From: a virus
Reading direction: 5' to 3' (one strand)
Virus record (IMG/VR): IMGVR_UViG_3300046791_000454
Location: 17,497-81,496 of that record
Length of the DNA: 64,000 bases
Shown: positions 26,083 to 35,440 of the stretch, piece by piece
Layout: the number at the start of each line of letters is the position of its first letter
How positions within the stretch are numbered: position 1 is the first letter of the stretch
Notes under the pieces: generated by a model
What the model was told of the DNA's origin: nothing
Databases searched by the model: none
What the model saw: the letters and a program-made list of their open reading frames with translations, nothing else
Program-made: the position numbers and the translations under genes

Positions 26083-26192
26083 CAGGCGGACTCACCAAAC
26101 AGCCACCCGACGAAGCGCTCCCACGCCGTCGGTTCATAAGGGAACGTCGGCCGTGGGCCGGGCTTGATCCAAGGAGCGAAGCCGGGGCGCAT
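26082..26192 (-). CDS. 36-aa micro-ORF, absent from ORF track
   Basis: TGATG overlaps at both ends fill the gap exactly; MRPGFAPWIKPGPRPTFPYEPTAWERFVGWLFGESA. Confidence 0.6.
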   Translation of the reverse strand: MRPGFAPWIKPGPRPTFPYEPTAWERFVGWLFGESA

Positions 26193-26533
26193 CAGTTAGG
26201 GATCAGGTCCAGAGGGCAGGGCGGGATCGCGAACGTCGGGAGCGACGGCAGCGTCGGGAGTGAGAAGCTCGGCAGCGCGAACCCGAACGTCGGCAGGGTC
26301 GGCAGTTTCAAGTCGATCCCGAGGTCCAGGCTGAACGAGAGCGTCGGCAGCGTCGGGAGGCTCGGCAGGCTGAACGACGGGAGCGCGAACGCGAACGTCG
26401 GCAGGGTCGGCAGCTGGAGGTTGATGCCCAGGTCCAGGCTGAACGAGATCGACGGTAGCGAGGGCAGCGCAGGCAGCGAGAACGATGGCAGCGCGAAGCC
26501 GAAGATGATGATCGGAAACGCGCACAGGCTCAT
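26192..26533 (-). CDS. Pro/Leu/Phe-rich protein built of ~3 copies of a 36-aa repeat
   Basis: FxFALPSFSLPxLPxLPxxSFSLDLGIxLxLPTLPT unit; 108-bp DNA period. Confidence 0.75.
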   Translation of the reverse strand: MSLCAFPIIIFGFALPSFSLPALPSLPSISFSLDLGINLQLPTLPTFAFALPSFSLPSLPTLPTLSFSLDLGIDLKLPTLPTFGFALPSFSLPTLPSLPTFAIPPCPLDLIPN

Positions 26534-26534
26534 C

Positions 26535-27314
26535 TCACGCAGCCTTGAACTTCGTGCTTGTGCCGAGGACGATGGGCGGCACGACGAGCGGCGTTGGAGA
26601 CAGCGCCAACCCGGCAGCCGTCAGAGCGGCGAGCCACACCGTGAAGGGTGTTCCGAGCACAACAGCGTCGGGAGGGACCGGTGGAGGCACAACCTCGAGC
26701 GGGCTCGGGATGCCAACGTTGAAGTTGCCGACGTGGTTGATCTTGCCGTTGAGCGTGATGCCGTTGTCGCCGATCTCGATGTAGGCGTCGCCCGCCTTGT
26801 TGCTCAAGATGATTGAGTTGTTGCCGCCGGCCTGCATCGAGATGACCATGCCGGAGCCGTGGACGATCTGGATGTTCTCCGTGCCAGGAGTCGACACCTT
26901 GACCGAGATGGCCATTGCCGTCTCGGCGTAGGGCACGTAGAGCGTCGTGTCTCCGTTCGTGCCGTCGAGGTTGAGAAACGTAACCTTGCTGTCGTCGCGG
27001 TTCGCGTAGAGCTGCACGCCACCCTTGTTGAGTGGCGGGAGTTGCGCGACCACGCGCGGGTCCGGACCAAGGGGCAATGCGTGCCCGCGAGAGCCCTCCC
27101 AGAAGGTGAGGGAGGGAGCGCCGGCCGTGGGCGTGCCGTTCTTGCTGTCCGGGTCGCGCGGCCGCCCAGCGAGCCCGCACGGGTAGTAGGCCGTCATCGG
27201 CGGCATCGTCGCGTTGTTGCCGAGTCCGATGTGCGTCACGGTCTGAAAGCCGTTCACGTACTCGGAGAACCCCACGACAGAGAGCTCAGCTTGAAGGTGC
27301 GGGTCTTCTGCCAC
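26535..27314 (-). CDS. baseplate central spike (Mu gp45/gpV-like)
   Basis: PCGLAGRP...DPR...LNKGGVQLY followed by a beta-helix region. Confidence 0.8.
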   Translation of the reverse strand: MAEDPHLQAELSVVGFSEYVNGFQTVTHIGLGNNATMPPMTAYYPCGLAGRPRDPDSKNGTPTAGAPSLTFWEGSRGHALPLGPDPRVVAQLPPLNKGGVQLYANRDDSKVTFLNLDGTNGDTTLYVPYAETAMAISVKVSTPGTENIQIVHGSGMVISMQAGGNNSIILSNKAGDAYIEIGDNGITLNGKINHVGNFNVGIPSPLEVVPPPVPPDAVVLGTPFTVWLAALTAAGLALSPTPLVVPPIVLGTSTKFKAA

Positions 27315-27315
27315 G

Positions 27316-28545
27316 TCAATCCTCGAGTCCGAAGATCAGGTAATCGGGTTTCAGCAGCTTGACCTCGGTCATCGTGCCGCCGCCCATGTCGCGGCGCCGC
27401 GTCACGGACTCGACCCACATGGGCCCTGCGATGCCCAGCTCGTCGTCTCGCACGTCAACGATGGTGTCGACGGACCAGACCATGCGGCCGCCCGCGAGCG
27501 CCGGGATCGTGTGTCCCGAAACCTTGTAGGTGAGCTCGAACTGATGTCTAGCGGCCTGCGCGCCCATCTTGCGAGCGAGGTACTCCGCCTGCTTGCTGCT
27601 CGTGACGTGCTTGTCGCGCTTCACCCAGACGTTGGTGAACCCGAGCTCGACCATCTCGGGGTCGACGTACTCGCCGCGAATGCCTACACGTGAGCCGACC
27701 GGAGCGCCGAGGTCCGCGAGCTCATCGGGCAGCGGGTCGCCCGAGCTCGTGGGAGCGCCGCCGCCGCGGCCAACGACAACGTACCGGGCCGAGCGCCCCA
27801 CGGTGTCGAACCGGAAGCGGTAGTCGATGACGTTGACGAGGTTCGGCGAGGCGCCGCGCTGCCGAGCGATGCGGCAAGCCGGCGCTTGGTTACGAGCCGG
27901 CGCGGAGAGGTAGTATTGACCGTTGACGCCGCAGTAGAGAAACAGTCCGGCGCGGTCGAGCTCACGCTTCAGGTAGTGATAGACCGTCTCGCCTGCCTTG
28001 CCCTGCACCTGCGGCTTCTGCGGCAGGGCCGTCGAGAGGATGTCGGCGAGGTCCGGCGGGATCTCGGTGACCTGCACCGGAACACCGGCGGCCTTCTTCC
28101 GGTTGTCGCCCACCTGGTTCTGGTCCGTCACGAGCACGAACGAGATGCCCAGGAACGTCAGGATGTCCTGAATGAGGCCCGAGTAGGTAGCGTTGCTGAA
28201 GGCCTTGTCAGCTTCTAGCTTGTTCTCGATGAGCGCCGACATGCCGTCGCGCCCGTGAATGGTGACCGTCGTGGCGCTCGCGTTGCCGTTCGCCTCGATG
28301 GCCGTCGTCATGCCGACGAACTGGACGATATTGCCGATGCGCAGTTCGAACGGGATGTTCGGTCCGTACGTCTGGAGGAAGTACTTGGCGACGTCGCCGC
28401 TGCCGAGCGTGATGCTAAACGTGCTCGGCTGCTCGAAGTAGCTCTGCCTGACTTCGTAGCTCTCGGCGATGAGGACGTCGCTGCCGTTCAGGCGAAGCGT
28501 CACCTGGTCGGACAGGCCGCCGATGTCGTCGGATGACGAGGCCAT
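27316..28545 (-). CDS. baseplate hub (Mu gp44/P-like)
   Basis: ESYEV..S..TFSITL; GRDGMSALIE; GETVYHYLKR; WSVDTIVDVRDDELGI. Confidence 0.85.
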   Translation of the reverse strand: MASSSDDIGGLSDQVTLRLNGSDVLIAESYEVRQSYFEQPSTFSITLGSGDVAKYFLQTYGPNIPFELRIGNIVQFVGMTTAIEANGNASATTVTIHGRDGMSALIENKLEADKAFSNATYSGLIQDILTFLGISFVLVTDQNQVGDNRKKAAGVPVQVTEIPPDLADILSTALPQKPQVQGKAGETVYHYLKRELDRAGLFLYCGVNGQYYLSAPARNQAPACRIARQRGASPNLVNVIDYRFRFDTVGRSARYVVVGRGGGAPTSSGDPLPDELADLGAPVGSRVGIRGEYVDPEMVELGFTNVWVKRDKHVTSSKQAEYLARKMGAQAARHQFELTYKVSGHTIPALAGGRMVWSVDTIVDVRDDELGIAGPMWVESVTRRRDMGGGTMTEVKLLKPDYLIFGLED

Positions 28546-28548
28546 GGG

Positions 28549-29433
28549 CTACGCTGCGAGCACGAGGAGCGTGCGGCCCTGCGGGATGTTGAGCGGGTCT
28601 TCGAGCGCGTTCAACTTGAGGAGCGCGGTCGTCTTGGCGCTGGAGTTGTAGAGCGCGCGCGACACGTCGGAGATCGACATGATCTTCGGCGTCGTGAACG
28701 GCATCAGCTTCGCGCTGTTGCGCTGCGAGTCAGCCTGGAGCTTCTGCGCGCTATCGCGGAGGAGCATGAACCGCTCGAGCAGGTCGGCGTTCGTGGCGAG
28801 GTTCAGGGCCGAGACGGTGGTGTCGAGGAACGACAAGAGGCCCATGAGCGCGTTCAGCTTGTTCATGAGCAGGTTGCCGTAGAGCTGCACCGTGTTGATG
28901 AGCCCAATCACGGAGTTGACCAGGGCTTGGAGCTGGTCAAAGATGTTGGGCGTCTTGACGCTGGCCAGGATGAAGAAGTCGTTCGCCGTGGCGCTCAGGC
29001 TCGACGTCGTGACGTTGACGATGCCCGTGATGAGGAAGTCGTTGGTCTGGTCTTCCTCGAAGGTGAACGATGCGCGCTCGCCGTTCAGCAGCTTCTCGAA
29101 GTCGGTCGTCTGCTCCCAGGTGCGCAGCTTCGCCGGGATGTCGCCGATCGTCGGGACGTGGAGTGTGGCCGTGTCGCCGGCCTCTCCTCGTGCGCGAATC
29201 TCGGAGAGGCTGTTCGGCCATAGGGTCGGCGGGTAGCCAGCGGCGCCCTGCACGAAGAACGCGTCTACCTGGAATGTGTAGTTTTTCCGGCCCAGGATCT
29301 CGGGGCTGCCGCCGGGCGTCTTCGGATATTCGTGCGTGTGAATGCGATGCTCGCCGCGCGTGACGCACTTGGAGATCGGAAACGCAATCCCGTCGAAGCT
29401 CATCTTGGTGAGCTGGTCGAATGCGGTGGCCAC
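28549..29433 (-). CDS. Mu gpN/gp43-like DNA circularization protein with LysM-like C-terminus
   Basis: SFDGIAF...HTHEYP...EILGRK...ATLHVPTIG; LLKLNALEDPLNIPQG. Confidence 0.85.
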   Translation of the reverse strand: MATAFDQLTKMSFDGIAFPISKCVTRGEHRIHTHEYPKTPGGSPEILGRKNYTFQVDAFFVQGAAGYPPTLWPNSLSEIRARGEAGDTATLHVPTIGDIPAKLRTWEQTTDFEKLLNGERASFTFEEDQTNDFLITGIVNVTTSSLSATANDFFILASVKTPNIFDQLQALVNSVIGLINTVQLYGNLLMNKLNALMGLLSFLDTTVSALNLATNADLLERFMLLRDSAQKLQADSQRNSAKLMPFTTPKIMSISDVSRALYNSSAKTTALLKLNALEDPLNIPQGRTLLVLAA

Positions 29434-29438
29434 GGGGG

Positions 29439-31709
29439 CTACTTGATGTCGCCGGAGTCGACGTTCTGCCCGGCGCTGCCACCGACAACCTTGACGGTGA
29501 GCGTGCCCTTCATCGCCTCGACGAGGCGCTCCTGAACGGCCTTGCTCTGCGCAAGCTGCTCCTTGAGCTCGTCCAGGTTGCCGGCGTCCGCTCTGGTGCC
29601 CGAGTCGGCGCTCGTGCCCAGTAGACCGAATGTGCTCTTGCTGAACATGTCGCTTGCGACGCCCACGAGGCTCGACGCGTTCTCCGCATCCATCACCTTC
29701 GTCTGGAGCTGCTGCTTCTCGTTCGTGGCCTGAAGGAGAGCCAACTGGTCTTCCTTCGTCATCGTGCCAGCCGCGACCGAGCCGCGCGCCTGCTTCAGCG
29801 CTTCGGTGTCCGCCTCGACGGACTTCATGTTGTCGGTGGTGCGCGTGAGCTCCTCGGACGCCGACGACAGGATGGCCGACCCGATTGCGACACCGCCGCC
29901 GATGCCAAGCATGGCCGCGCCGGCCTTGCTGCCGAGGCCCGCGGGGCCGCCACCAGGACCGCCCGTGCCCTGGACCATCTTCTGGAGGGCGCCGGCAATC
30001 ACCTGCCCGATTGCGGCCTTCGCGATGCTCGCCACGATGGCGCCGACGATGACCTTGCCCGGATTGTCGGCGGCCCACGCGACGGCCTTTGCCATCGACT
30101 CGGCGAACTGGAGCAGTGACGGCGCCGCTTTCTCGAGAACGGGCAGGACCCTCTCGGCGAGGGCTCCGGCGCTACGCTCGAGCGCGTTGTTGAAGAGCTG
30201 CGCGCGCGCGGTGCTCTCCTTCAAACGCTCGGCGTTGTCCTTCTCGACCTGAGCCTGAGAAAGGACGGCGCCGCCGAGCTCCTTGAACTCCTTATTGATG
30301 GCGTCGAGGCCCTTCTGCCCGCCGCCGGCCGAGACGAACGTCTGCCGCAGACCCTCGACACCCTTCAGGGCTTGCTGCGAGCCGAACAGCTGGGCCAGTT
30401 GGGCCTGGTTGCCGCCCGTCTTGAAGAGGGCGGCCTTGATGATCTGCATCGGGTCTTTGAGCGTCGTCTTGGTCTTAGGGTCGTCCCAGACGTTGATGCC
30501 CTCTTTCTCGAAGGCCTGAAGGCGCGCCTTCTTCCCGAACGTGGCCGCGATGGCCGACACGGCGGTCACAGCCTGCGCGGCGCTGCCGCTGCCGCCTGCC
30601 TTCGCGGACTCCTGAGCGAGGAAGCCGACCGTCTTCATGAGGTTCGCTCGGTCACCTCCGAACCGGCCTGCGACCGCAAGCAGCTTCGGAAGCTGAGCGG
30701 CGAGGTCGGCCATGTCGATGGCACCGAGCTTTCCCTGCGCGGACAGGGACCGCATGATGTCGTTGATGGCGAGCATCTTGCCGCGCTTGTCGGCGCCGAA
30801 GCTGTCGTCGAGCTTCAGGCTGAGGACGCCAGCGTCGGCGGCGAGTTTCTTGAAGTCGGCGCCCGTCGAGTTGGCGAGCATGCCGATGCCGCCAATCATC
30901 TCGCGCGCGCCTTGCAGGTCGCCGCTCTTGTTGACGAATTCCATCATGGCGTCGCCAACGTCTTTGGTGCTGTGCGCGGTGGCGTCGGCCGCCGTCTGCA
31001 TGTCCTTGAGGATGGCGGCGGGGTCTTGCTTCTGGCCTGGGATCCCGGCCTGGCCCTCCTGAAAGCCTTTGCGGCTCAGGAGCGAGGCCGTCTCTTGGGC
31101 ACCCATCGCCGCGCTCGCCTGCGCACCGATGTCGAGCTTGACGCCGGCCGCGCCGGCGAGCTCCATGCCGAGGCGGCCGGCGCCTCGCGCCATGCCGCCG
31201 AACGTGCCTACGGCGTTCCTGGCGCCGGCGGCGAGACCGCCACGGCCCTGCTGGCCGGCGAATGCAGCTGCCTTCTCCTCGGCCTTCATCTTGGCCGCGG
31301 CAACGCGCTGGATGTCGCGCTCCTCGGCGTCGTAGGCCTTCTGCGAAGCGCGGACCTTCGCGTCGAACGCCTTCATGTCGGCGCGCTCTCGCTGTTGGGC
31401 GGAGCGCTGCGCCGCGGTGGCCTCTTGCTGCGCCGCCTTCTCGAACGACGCCGCGATCTTCGCGTTCGCCTTCTCGGCGTTCGCGAGCGCCTTAGCGTAC
31501 TCCTTCTCCTGAGCCGCGCTCGACTTCGCAGCCGCCTTCTCCGCCGCGGTGGCCGCCTTCATGGCAGCGGCCTCCTGCGAGGTCCCCATGGCAGCGGCGT
31601 CGGCGGAGACTTTCGCGCGCGCCTTCGCGCTGATGCCTTCGATCTGACCGAAGACGGCGGCAAACGAGCCGTCGATGGCGGCACTTACGCCGATGCGGAT
31701 GTCGCCCAC
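29439..31709 (-). CDS. tape measure protein
   Basis: 756 aa, Ala/Gly/Lys-rich; QGKLGAIDMADLAAQLP TMP motif. Confidence 0.9.
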   Translation of the reverse strand: MGDIRIGVSAAIDGSFAAVFGQIEGISAKARAKVSADAAAMGTSQEAAAMKAATAAEKAAAKSSAAQEKEYAKALANAEKANAKIAASFEKAAQQEATAAQRSAQQRERADMKAFDAKVRASQKAYDAEERDIQRVAAAKMKAEEKAAAFAGQQGRGGLAAGARNAVGTFGGMARGAGRLGMELAGAAGVKLDIGAQASAAMGAQETASLLSRKGFQEGQAGIPGQKQDPAAILKDMQTAADATAHSTKDVGDAMMEFVNKSGDLQGAREMIGGIGMLANSTGADFKKLAADAGVLSLKLDDSFGADKRGKMLAINDIMRSLSAQGKLGAIDMADLAAQLPKLLAVAGRFGGDRANLMKTVGFLAQESAKAGGSGSAAQAVTAVSAIAATFGKKARLQAFEKEGINVWDDPKTKTTLKDPMQIIKAALFKTGGNQAQLAQLFGSQQALKGVEGLRQTFVSAGGGQKGLDAINKEFKELGGAVLSQAQVEKDNAERLKESTARAQLFNNALERSAGALAERVLPVLEKAAPSLLQFAESMAKAVAWAADNPGKVIVGAIVASIAKAAIGQVIAGALQKMVQGTGGPGGGPAGLGSKAGAAMLGIGGGVAIGSAILSSASEELTRTTDNMKSVEADTEALKQARGSVAAGTMTKEDQLALLQATNEKQQLQTKVMDAENASSLVGVASDMFSKSTFGLLGTSADSGTRADAGNLDELKEQLAQSKAVQERLVEAMKGTLTVKVVGGSAGQNVDSGDIK

Positions 31710-31710
31710 G

Positions 31711-32286
31711 CTACCCGCCTTCGATCATGGTGAGCGCACGTCCAAGGAGCCGGCGCACCTTGCGGGCCTGCTCGAACGGCATGGCGGACCACGCGTCGCC
31801 GGCCGCAATGAGCTCGCCGAGCGCGTGGAGCCGAGCATCGTCGACCTCCTCGCCGAGCGGGTCGGTCGCCGCCTTCAGGACCTCGTACTCCTCGCACAGC
31901 GTCCGCACGCCTGCGGGCGTGAGCGCCACGAACACGGCGTCGGCCTGCACGTCCCAAAAGGGCAGCGAGGCGTCGTCAGGCTGGCACAGCGCGCGCCCCA
32001 GCGCCTCGCGGCAGAAGGCATCGTGGAACGCCTCGATGCGGCGCTCCTCGTCGTCCGGGAAGGCCCGGGCGGCGCGCTTGCTGGCCTCGGTTCGGAAGTA
32101 TTGCAGGTCCGCCGAGCTCGTGAGCCTGAGGCCGACCTTGACCGTCTTGCCGAGCTTCGGGCGGTTGCCCCAGGTGTCCGCGAACGCGGTGCCGGGGAGC
32201 TCCACGACGCGAGGCGCCGCGCGCGTCTCGACCTTCTCCGTCGTGCCAGCGAGGGCCCGGAAGAGCTCGTTCTTGAAGGCGCCCAT
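31711..32286 (-). CDS. tail assembly chaperone-like protein 2
   Basis: Position; VGLRL...LGRALCQPDD..PFW resembles the upstream chaperone. Confidence 0.65.
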   Translation of the reverse strand: MGAFKNELFRALAGTTEKVETRAAPRVVELPGTAFADTWGNRPKLGKTVKVGLRLTSSADLQYFRTEASKRAARAFPDDEERRIEAFHDAFCREALGRALCQPDDASLPFWDVQADAVFVALTPAGVRTLCEEYEVLKAATDPLGEEVDDARLHALGELIAAGDAWSAMPFEQARKVRRLLGRALTMIEGG

Positions 32287-32289
32287 GCG

Positions 32290-32892
32290 TCAGCTATCAA
32301 GCTTGGGACTTGGGTCGGAGCTGCTCGGCTTCTCGGCGGAGTCCGATCCAGTAGGCGACTTGCGCTCGAGTAAGCTCACAAGCAGGTTGGCCGAAAAAAG
32401 AAACGAGCTCTCGAGCCTGGACCGCGGCCACAAGGCGAAAGGGAGGTCCTCGCCCTCGGCGGCGGACGCGATCTTGTAGATGTCGGCGATGTACTCCTCG
32501 GCGGAGCTCGACGACGGGCGCGGCGAGACCGACTCTTGGTGCCGCGCCTGCCACTCGGACAGGAGGAAGATGCGCTCACGGTCAAGGCCTGCCTGGATCT
32601 GCTCGGCGCTTTCGAAGTACGGATCCGGGTTCTTGGGATCGCTCTCCGAGTCCACGCACGCGTGGAGACAGACAGCAATGGCCTTGCCGAATTCGTAGAG
32701 CGGGTTGCCGTCCTTCGGGTCGGCTACCTTGTGAGAAATGGCAAAAGCCCGCGCCTCGTCCAGAACGATTGCATCGTCTGAACCGAGGAGCGGGCGCAAA
32801 GAGCACGTCGCTTGGGTCTCGCCGTCCAGCAGCGGGAAAGTGACTTGCTTTAGCGCTCGGGTGCCTTTCGCGATCTGGGAGAACTTGGCCAC
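32290..32892 (-). CDS. tail assembly chaperone with -1 slippery site
   Basis: Between tube and TMP; in-frame C CCT TTC at 32437-32443. Confidence 0.75.
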   Translation of the reverse strand: MAKFSQIAKGTRALKQVTFPLLDGETQATCSLRPLLGSDDAIVLDEARAFAISHKVADPKDGNPLYEFGKAIAVCLHACVDSESDPKNPDPYFESAEQIQAGLDRERIFLLSEWQARHQESVSPRPSSSSAEEYIADIYKIASAAEGEDLPFALWPRSRLESSFLFSANLLVSLLERKSPTGSDSAEKPSSSDPSPKLDS

Positions 32893-32911
32893 TTGGCCTC
32901 CAGGTTGGACT

Positions 32912-33289
32912 TCATCCGACGAGCTTCGGCTCCTCGGTGTTGATGAGCGTGAGCGCCATGGTCGTCTCGCCGGATTTCGACGTCGACTTGACCGACGCCT
33001 TCGTGGCCTGCACGCCGCACGAGAAGAGCTTGGTGCCAAACAGGAAGGAGACCGTTGCGGTCTTGCGGTTCATCACGTCGGAGGTCATGCCTGCCGCGTC
33101 GGTATCGTCGTTCGCGAACACGAAGTCGCCCGTGATCTGGACGGTCGCGACACCCTGCGCGATAGAGATGACCTTGCCGTCGCCGATCATCTGCGTCGCG
33201 TTGTTGTCGATGTCGACGTTGGAGTTCTGGGCGGCTTCGATGCGCTTCGAGTTGTAGTAGAACGACATGAAGGTCGTCGTGCTTGCCAT
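32912..33289 (-). CDS. tail tube protein
   Basis: 125 aa, beta-rich, directly after the sheath gene. Confidence 0.75.
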   Translation of the reverse strand: MASTTTFMSFYYNSKRIEAAQNSNVDIDNNATQMIGDGKVISIAQGVATVQITGDFVFANDDTDAAGMTSDVMNRKTATVSFLFGTKLFSCGVQATKASVKSTSKSGETTMALTLINTEEPKLVG

Positions 33290-33352
33290 GACTGTGCCTT
33301 TCGGAGCCGAGGGCTTCCGTCGTTCTTGAGCGAATCCGTGTCAGCGAGCGCG

Positions 33353-34858
33353 TTACGCGTTCAGAGCGGAGACCTGCACGCCGATCTGGTGCTGGATGGG
33401 AGTAGCGATGACCGCGACTGCCGTGAGGATGTGCGGAGTCGGCCCGCTGTCGTCGAAGGCGGAGACGGGCGGATTGAGCGCCGTCTCCGTGAGGATAGTT
33501 TGGTCCTCGAGTTGCGACAGGATGACCGCCACGCGGTCATTCCAGGACTTGGGCGTGGCAACGCCTGCGGGGCGCGGCTTCTCGCCGGCTGCCGTGTCGG
33601 GGTTGTCTGCGACCTTCGGGTTCGCGATGACGAAGCTGGTCGTCCACTCGAGGTTCAGCACGTCGCGCACGTAGTCGGGCACGACAGCTTGCGACACGTC
33701 GAGCGTGCGGTAGTCCGGCGTGGAGCCGTTGAGGCTGTGCGTCGTGACAGCGCGCACGACCGAGACCGTGCCGTCGCTATTCGTCACGAGCGGCGTCACG
33801 CCTTCGCCGAGCGCCGTCTCCTGAGTCGTGCTGGAAGCCCAGTCGCTCGGCGCCGCCTGCGGTGCGATGCCAGCGAGGACCGTGCCGTCATAGCCGCTGT
33901 CAGGGTCCGTCTGTTCCTTGAACGTGCGGAGCGCCGCCATGTAGGCGCTGATTTCGCTCGAGTGACTCTCAGAGTTGAGGAGCCAGCACGCCTGGAAGCG
34001 CTCGTTGTTGAGCGTGGTCGTCGCGATGGTCGCGAGGGACGCGAGCGCGATGTTCGTCGACACGACGGCGTGTTCCATCCGGCCCTCGGTCGATGCCGCC
34101 TTGTTGTTGAGCTGCGTCTTCCAGGCCGCCAGCGACGTCGCGTCGTTCTGCGCGATCGCGATGCGGTGGTAACGCCCCGGGAAGAGCGTCGCGAGCATCG
34201 TGGTCATGGTCTCGGAGACCGTGCCGTTGTGGAACAGAACGCCGCCGCCCGTGACCGACGCGCCGCCCGCGAGCGTGACCGTGAGGCCTGTCGGCGCCGC
34301 GGTGAGGTCCTTGAAGACGATGTATTCGTTGCCGCGGATGCCGACCTGCTTGACCGTGAGCGTGACGACGCTCGTGAGGTCAGCGGCCGTCACCGGCGCA
34401 GTGGTGTCGGCGTTGATCGACGCGGCGAGCGCGACACCAACCTGGTCGGTCGTGTCGCCGGCGCCCACCGCGGCCGTGTAGAGCTTGCCACCGACGCGAA
34501 CGCCGACAGTGCCGCCAACCGTCCAGGTGCCGCCGATTGTCACCGTGGCGACCGCGGCGACGCCGCCGCCGCTCGTGGGCGAAGCGATCTTGAGCTGGAC
34601 TCCCGGGACCCTGAGGGCAGCGTAGCCCATGCGCGCGAGCTCGCTGCCCGCTCCGGCGTACGTGTTGAGCGTCGTCTGGTCCGAGACGCTGAGCACGTCC
34701 GTGTCCGCCGTCATGGTGCCCGCCGAGCTCTTGAGACCGCAGAGCAGGCAGATGAGCGGGATCGACCCGATGCTGATGGGGCCGGCGCCGAATACGGTTT
34801 GGCCGAAGAAGCCGGGGCGCTTCGTGCTTGCCGAGAAGCCGGCGATGATGATGGGCAT
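33353..34858 (-). CDS. tail sheath protein (Mu gpL-like)
   Basis: GAGSELARM, LTVKQVGIRGN, QETALGEGVTPL, VVRAVTT, PDYRTLD. Confidence 0.92.
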   Translation of the reverse strand: MPIIIAGFSASTKRPGFFGQTVFGAGPISIGSIPLICLLCGLKSSAGTMTADTDVLSVSDQTTLNTYAGAGSELARMGYAALRVPGVQLKIASPTSGGGVAAVATVTIGGTWTVGGTVGVRVGGKLYTAAVGAGDTTDQVGVALAASINADTTAPVTAADLTSVVTLTVKQVGIRGNEYIVFKDLTAAPTGLTVTLAGGASVTGGGVLFHNGTVSETMTTMLATLFPGRYHRIAIAQNDATSLAAWKTQLNNKAASTEGRMEHAVVSTNIALASLATIATTTLNNERFQACWLLNSESHSSEISAYMAALRTFKEQTDPDSGYDGTVLAGIAPQAAPSDWASSTTQETALGEGVTPLVTNSDGTVSVVRAVTTHSLNGSTPDYRTLDVSQAVVPDYVRDVLNLEWTTSFVIANPKVADNPDTAAGEKPRPAGVATPKSWNDRVAVILSQLEDQTILTETALNPPVSAFDDSGPTPHILTAVAVIATPIQHQIGVQVSALNA

Positions 34859-34859
34859 G

Positions 34860-35420
34860 TCAGGTCCCCTTGGCCGGCGCGACCCGCGCGCTCGACGGAG
34901 GTGCCGCGGCCTGCGCGACTGCTTTCGGTTCGGGCTTGGGTTCCGCCTTCGCCGGCGGAGGCGCGTGGAGCGAGCCGTTCTCGGCTTCGTGGGCGAGGAA
35001 CGCGGGCTCCTCGCCGTAGGCGGCCTGCCACTTGGCAACGGCCTCTTTGCGGGCCGAGTCGAGGGCCTGCTCCAGCGGGAGCACTTCGAGCTTCTGCTCC
35101 CCGTAGCTCCCGCGACGAGCGGTGTGCGGATTGGCCGGAAAGAGGTGCCCGGCGCGAAGAGCCGCGCGGTGGTCGCGCGTATCGTCGATCTCGACCTGAG
35201 TGCCCGAGAACTCGAACCAGTTATCCTGGTCCGAGACCTCTTCGACGCCCTTGACCATCTGCGATGCGTTCACGCGCACGCAGAGCTTCGCGCCGACCCA
35301 GCGGCGGATGCGGCGGTCCGTATCCTCGCGAACGGCGCCGCATGGCATGCCGTTGTGGTCCAGGGCGAAGTAGGGATTGGCAAACACCACGAGTCGACGC
35401 GGCGGGCGAGGTGCGGGCAT
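34860..35420 (-). CDS. hypothetical protein (neck/tail region)
   Basis: Fills gap in the operon; codon bias. Confidence 0.7.
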   Translation of the reverse strand: MPAPRPPRRLVVFANPYFALDHNGMPCGAVREDTDRRIRRWVGAKLCVRVNASQMVKGVEEVSDQDNWFEFSGTQVEIDDTRDHRAALRAGHLFPANPHTARRGSYGEQKLEVLPLEQALDSARKEAVAKWQAAYGEEPAFLAHEAENGSLHAPPPAKAEPKPEPKAVAQAAAPPSSARVAPAKGT

Positions 35421-35440
35421 GTTGACCTGTGGGGTTGGAG

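Noticed and set aside
32392-32403. TTTCTTTTTTC as the chaperone slippery site
   Set aside because: Not in X XXY YYZ register with the 0 frame; CCCTTTC upstream fits better, though this run could be a secondary site
32738-35254. 838-aa plus-strand ORF and similar long antisense ORFs (3027-4463, 30372-31733, 35429-36865, 41083-43068, 50292-51563)
   Set aside because: Shadow frames of well-supported minus-strand genes in high-GC DNA; low-information translations without recognisable motifs
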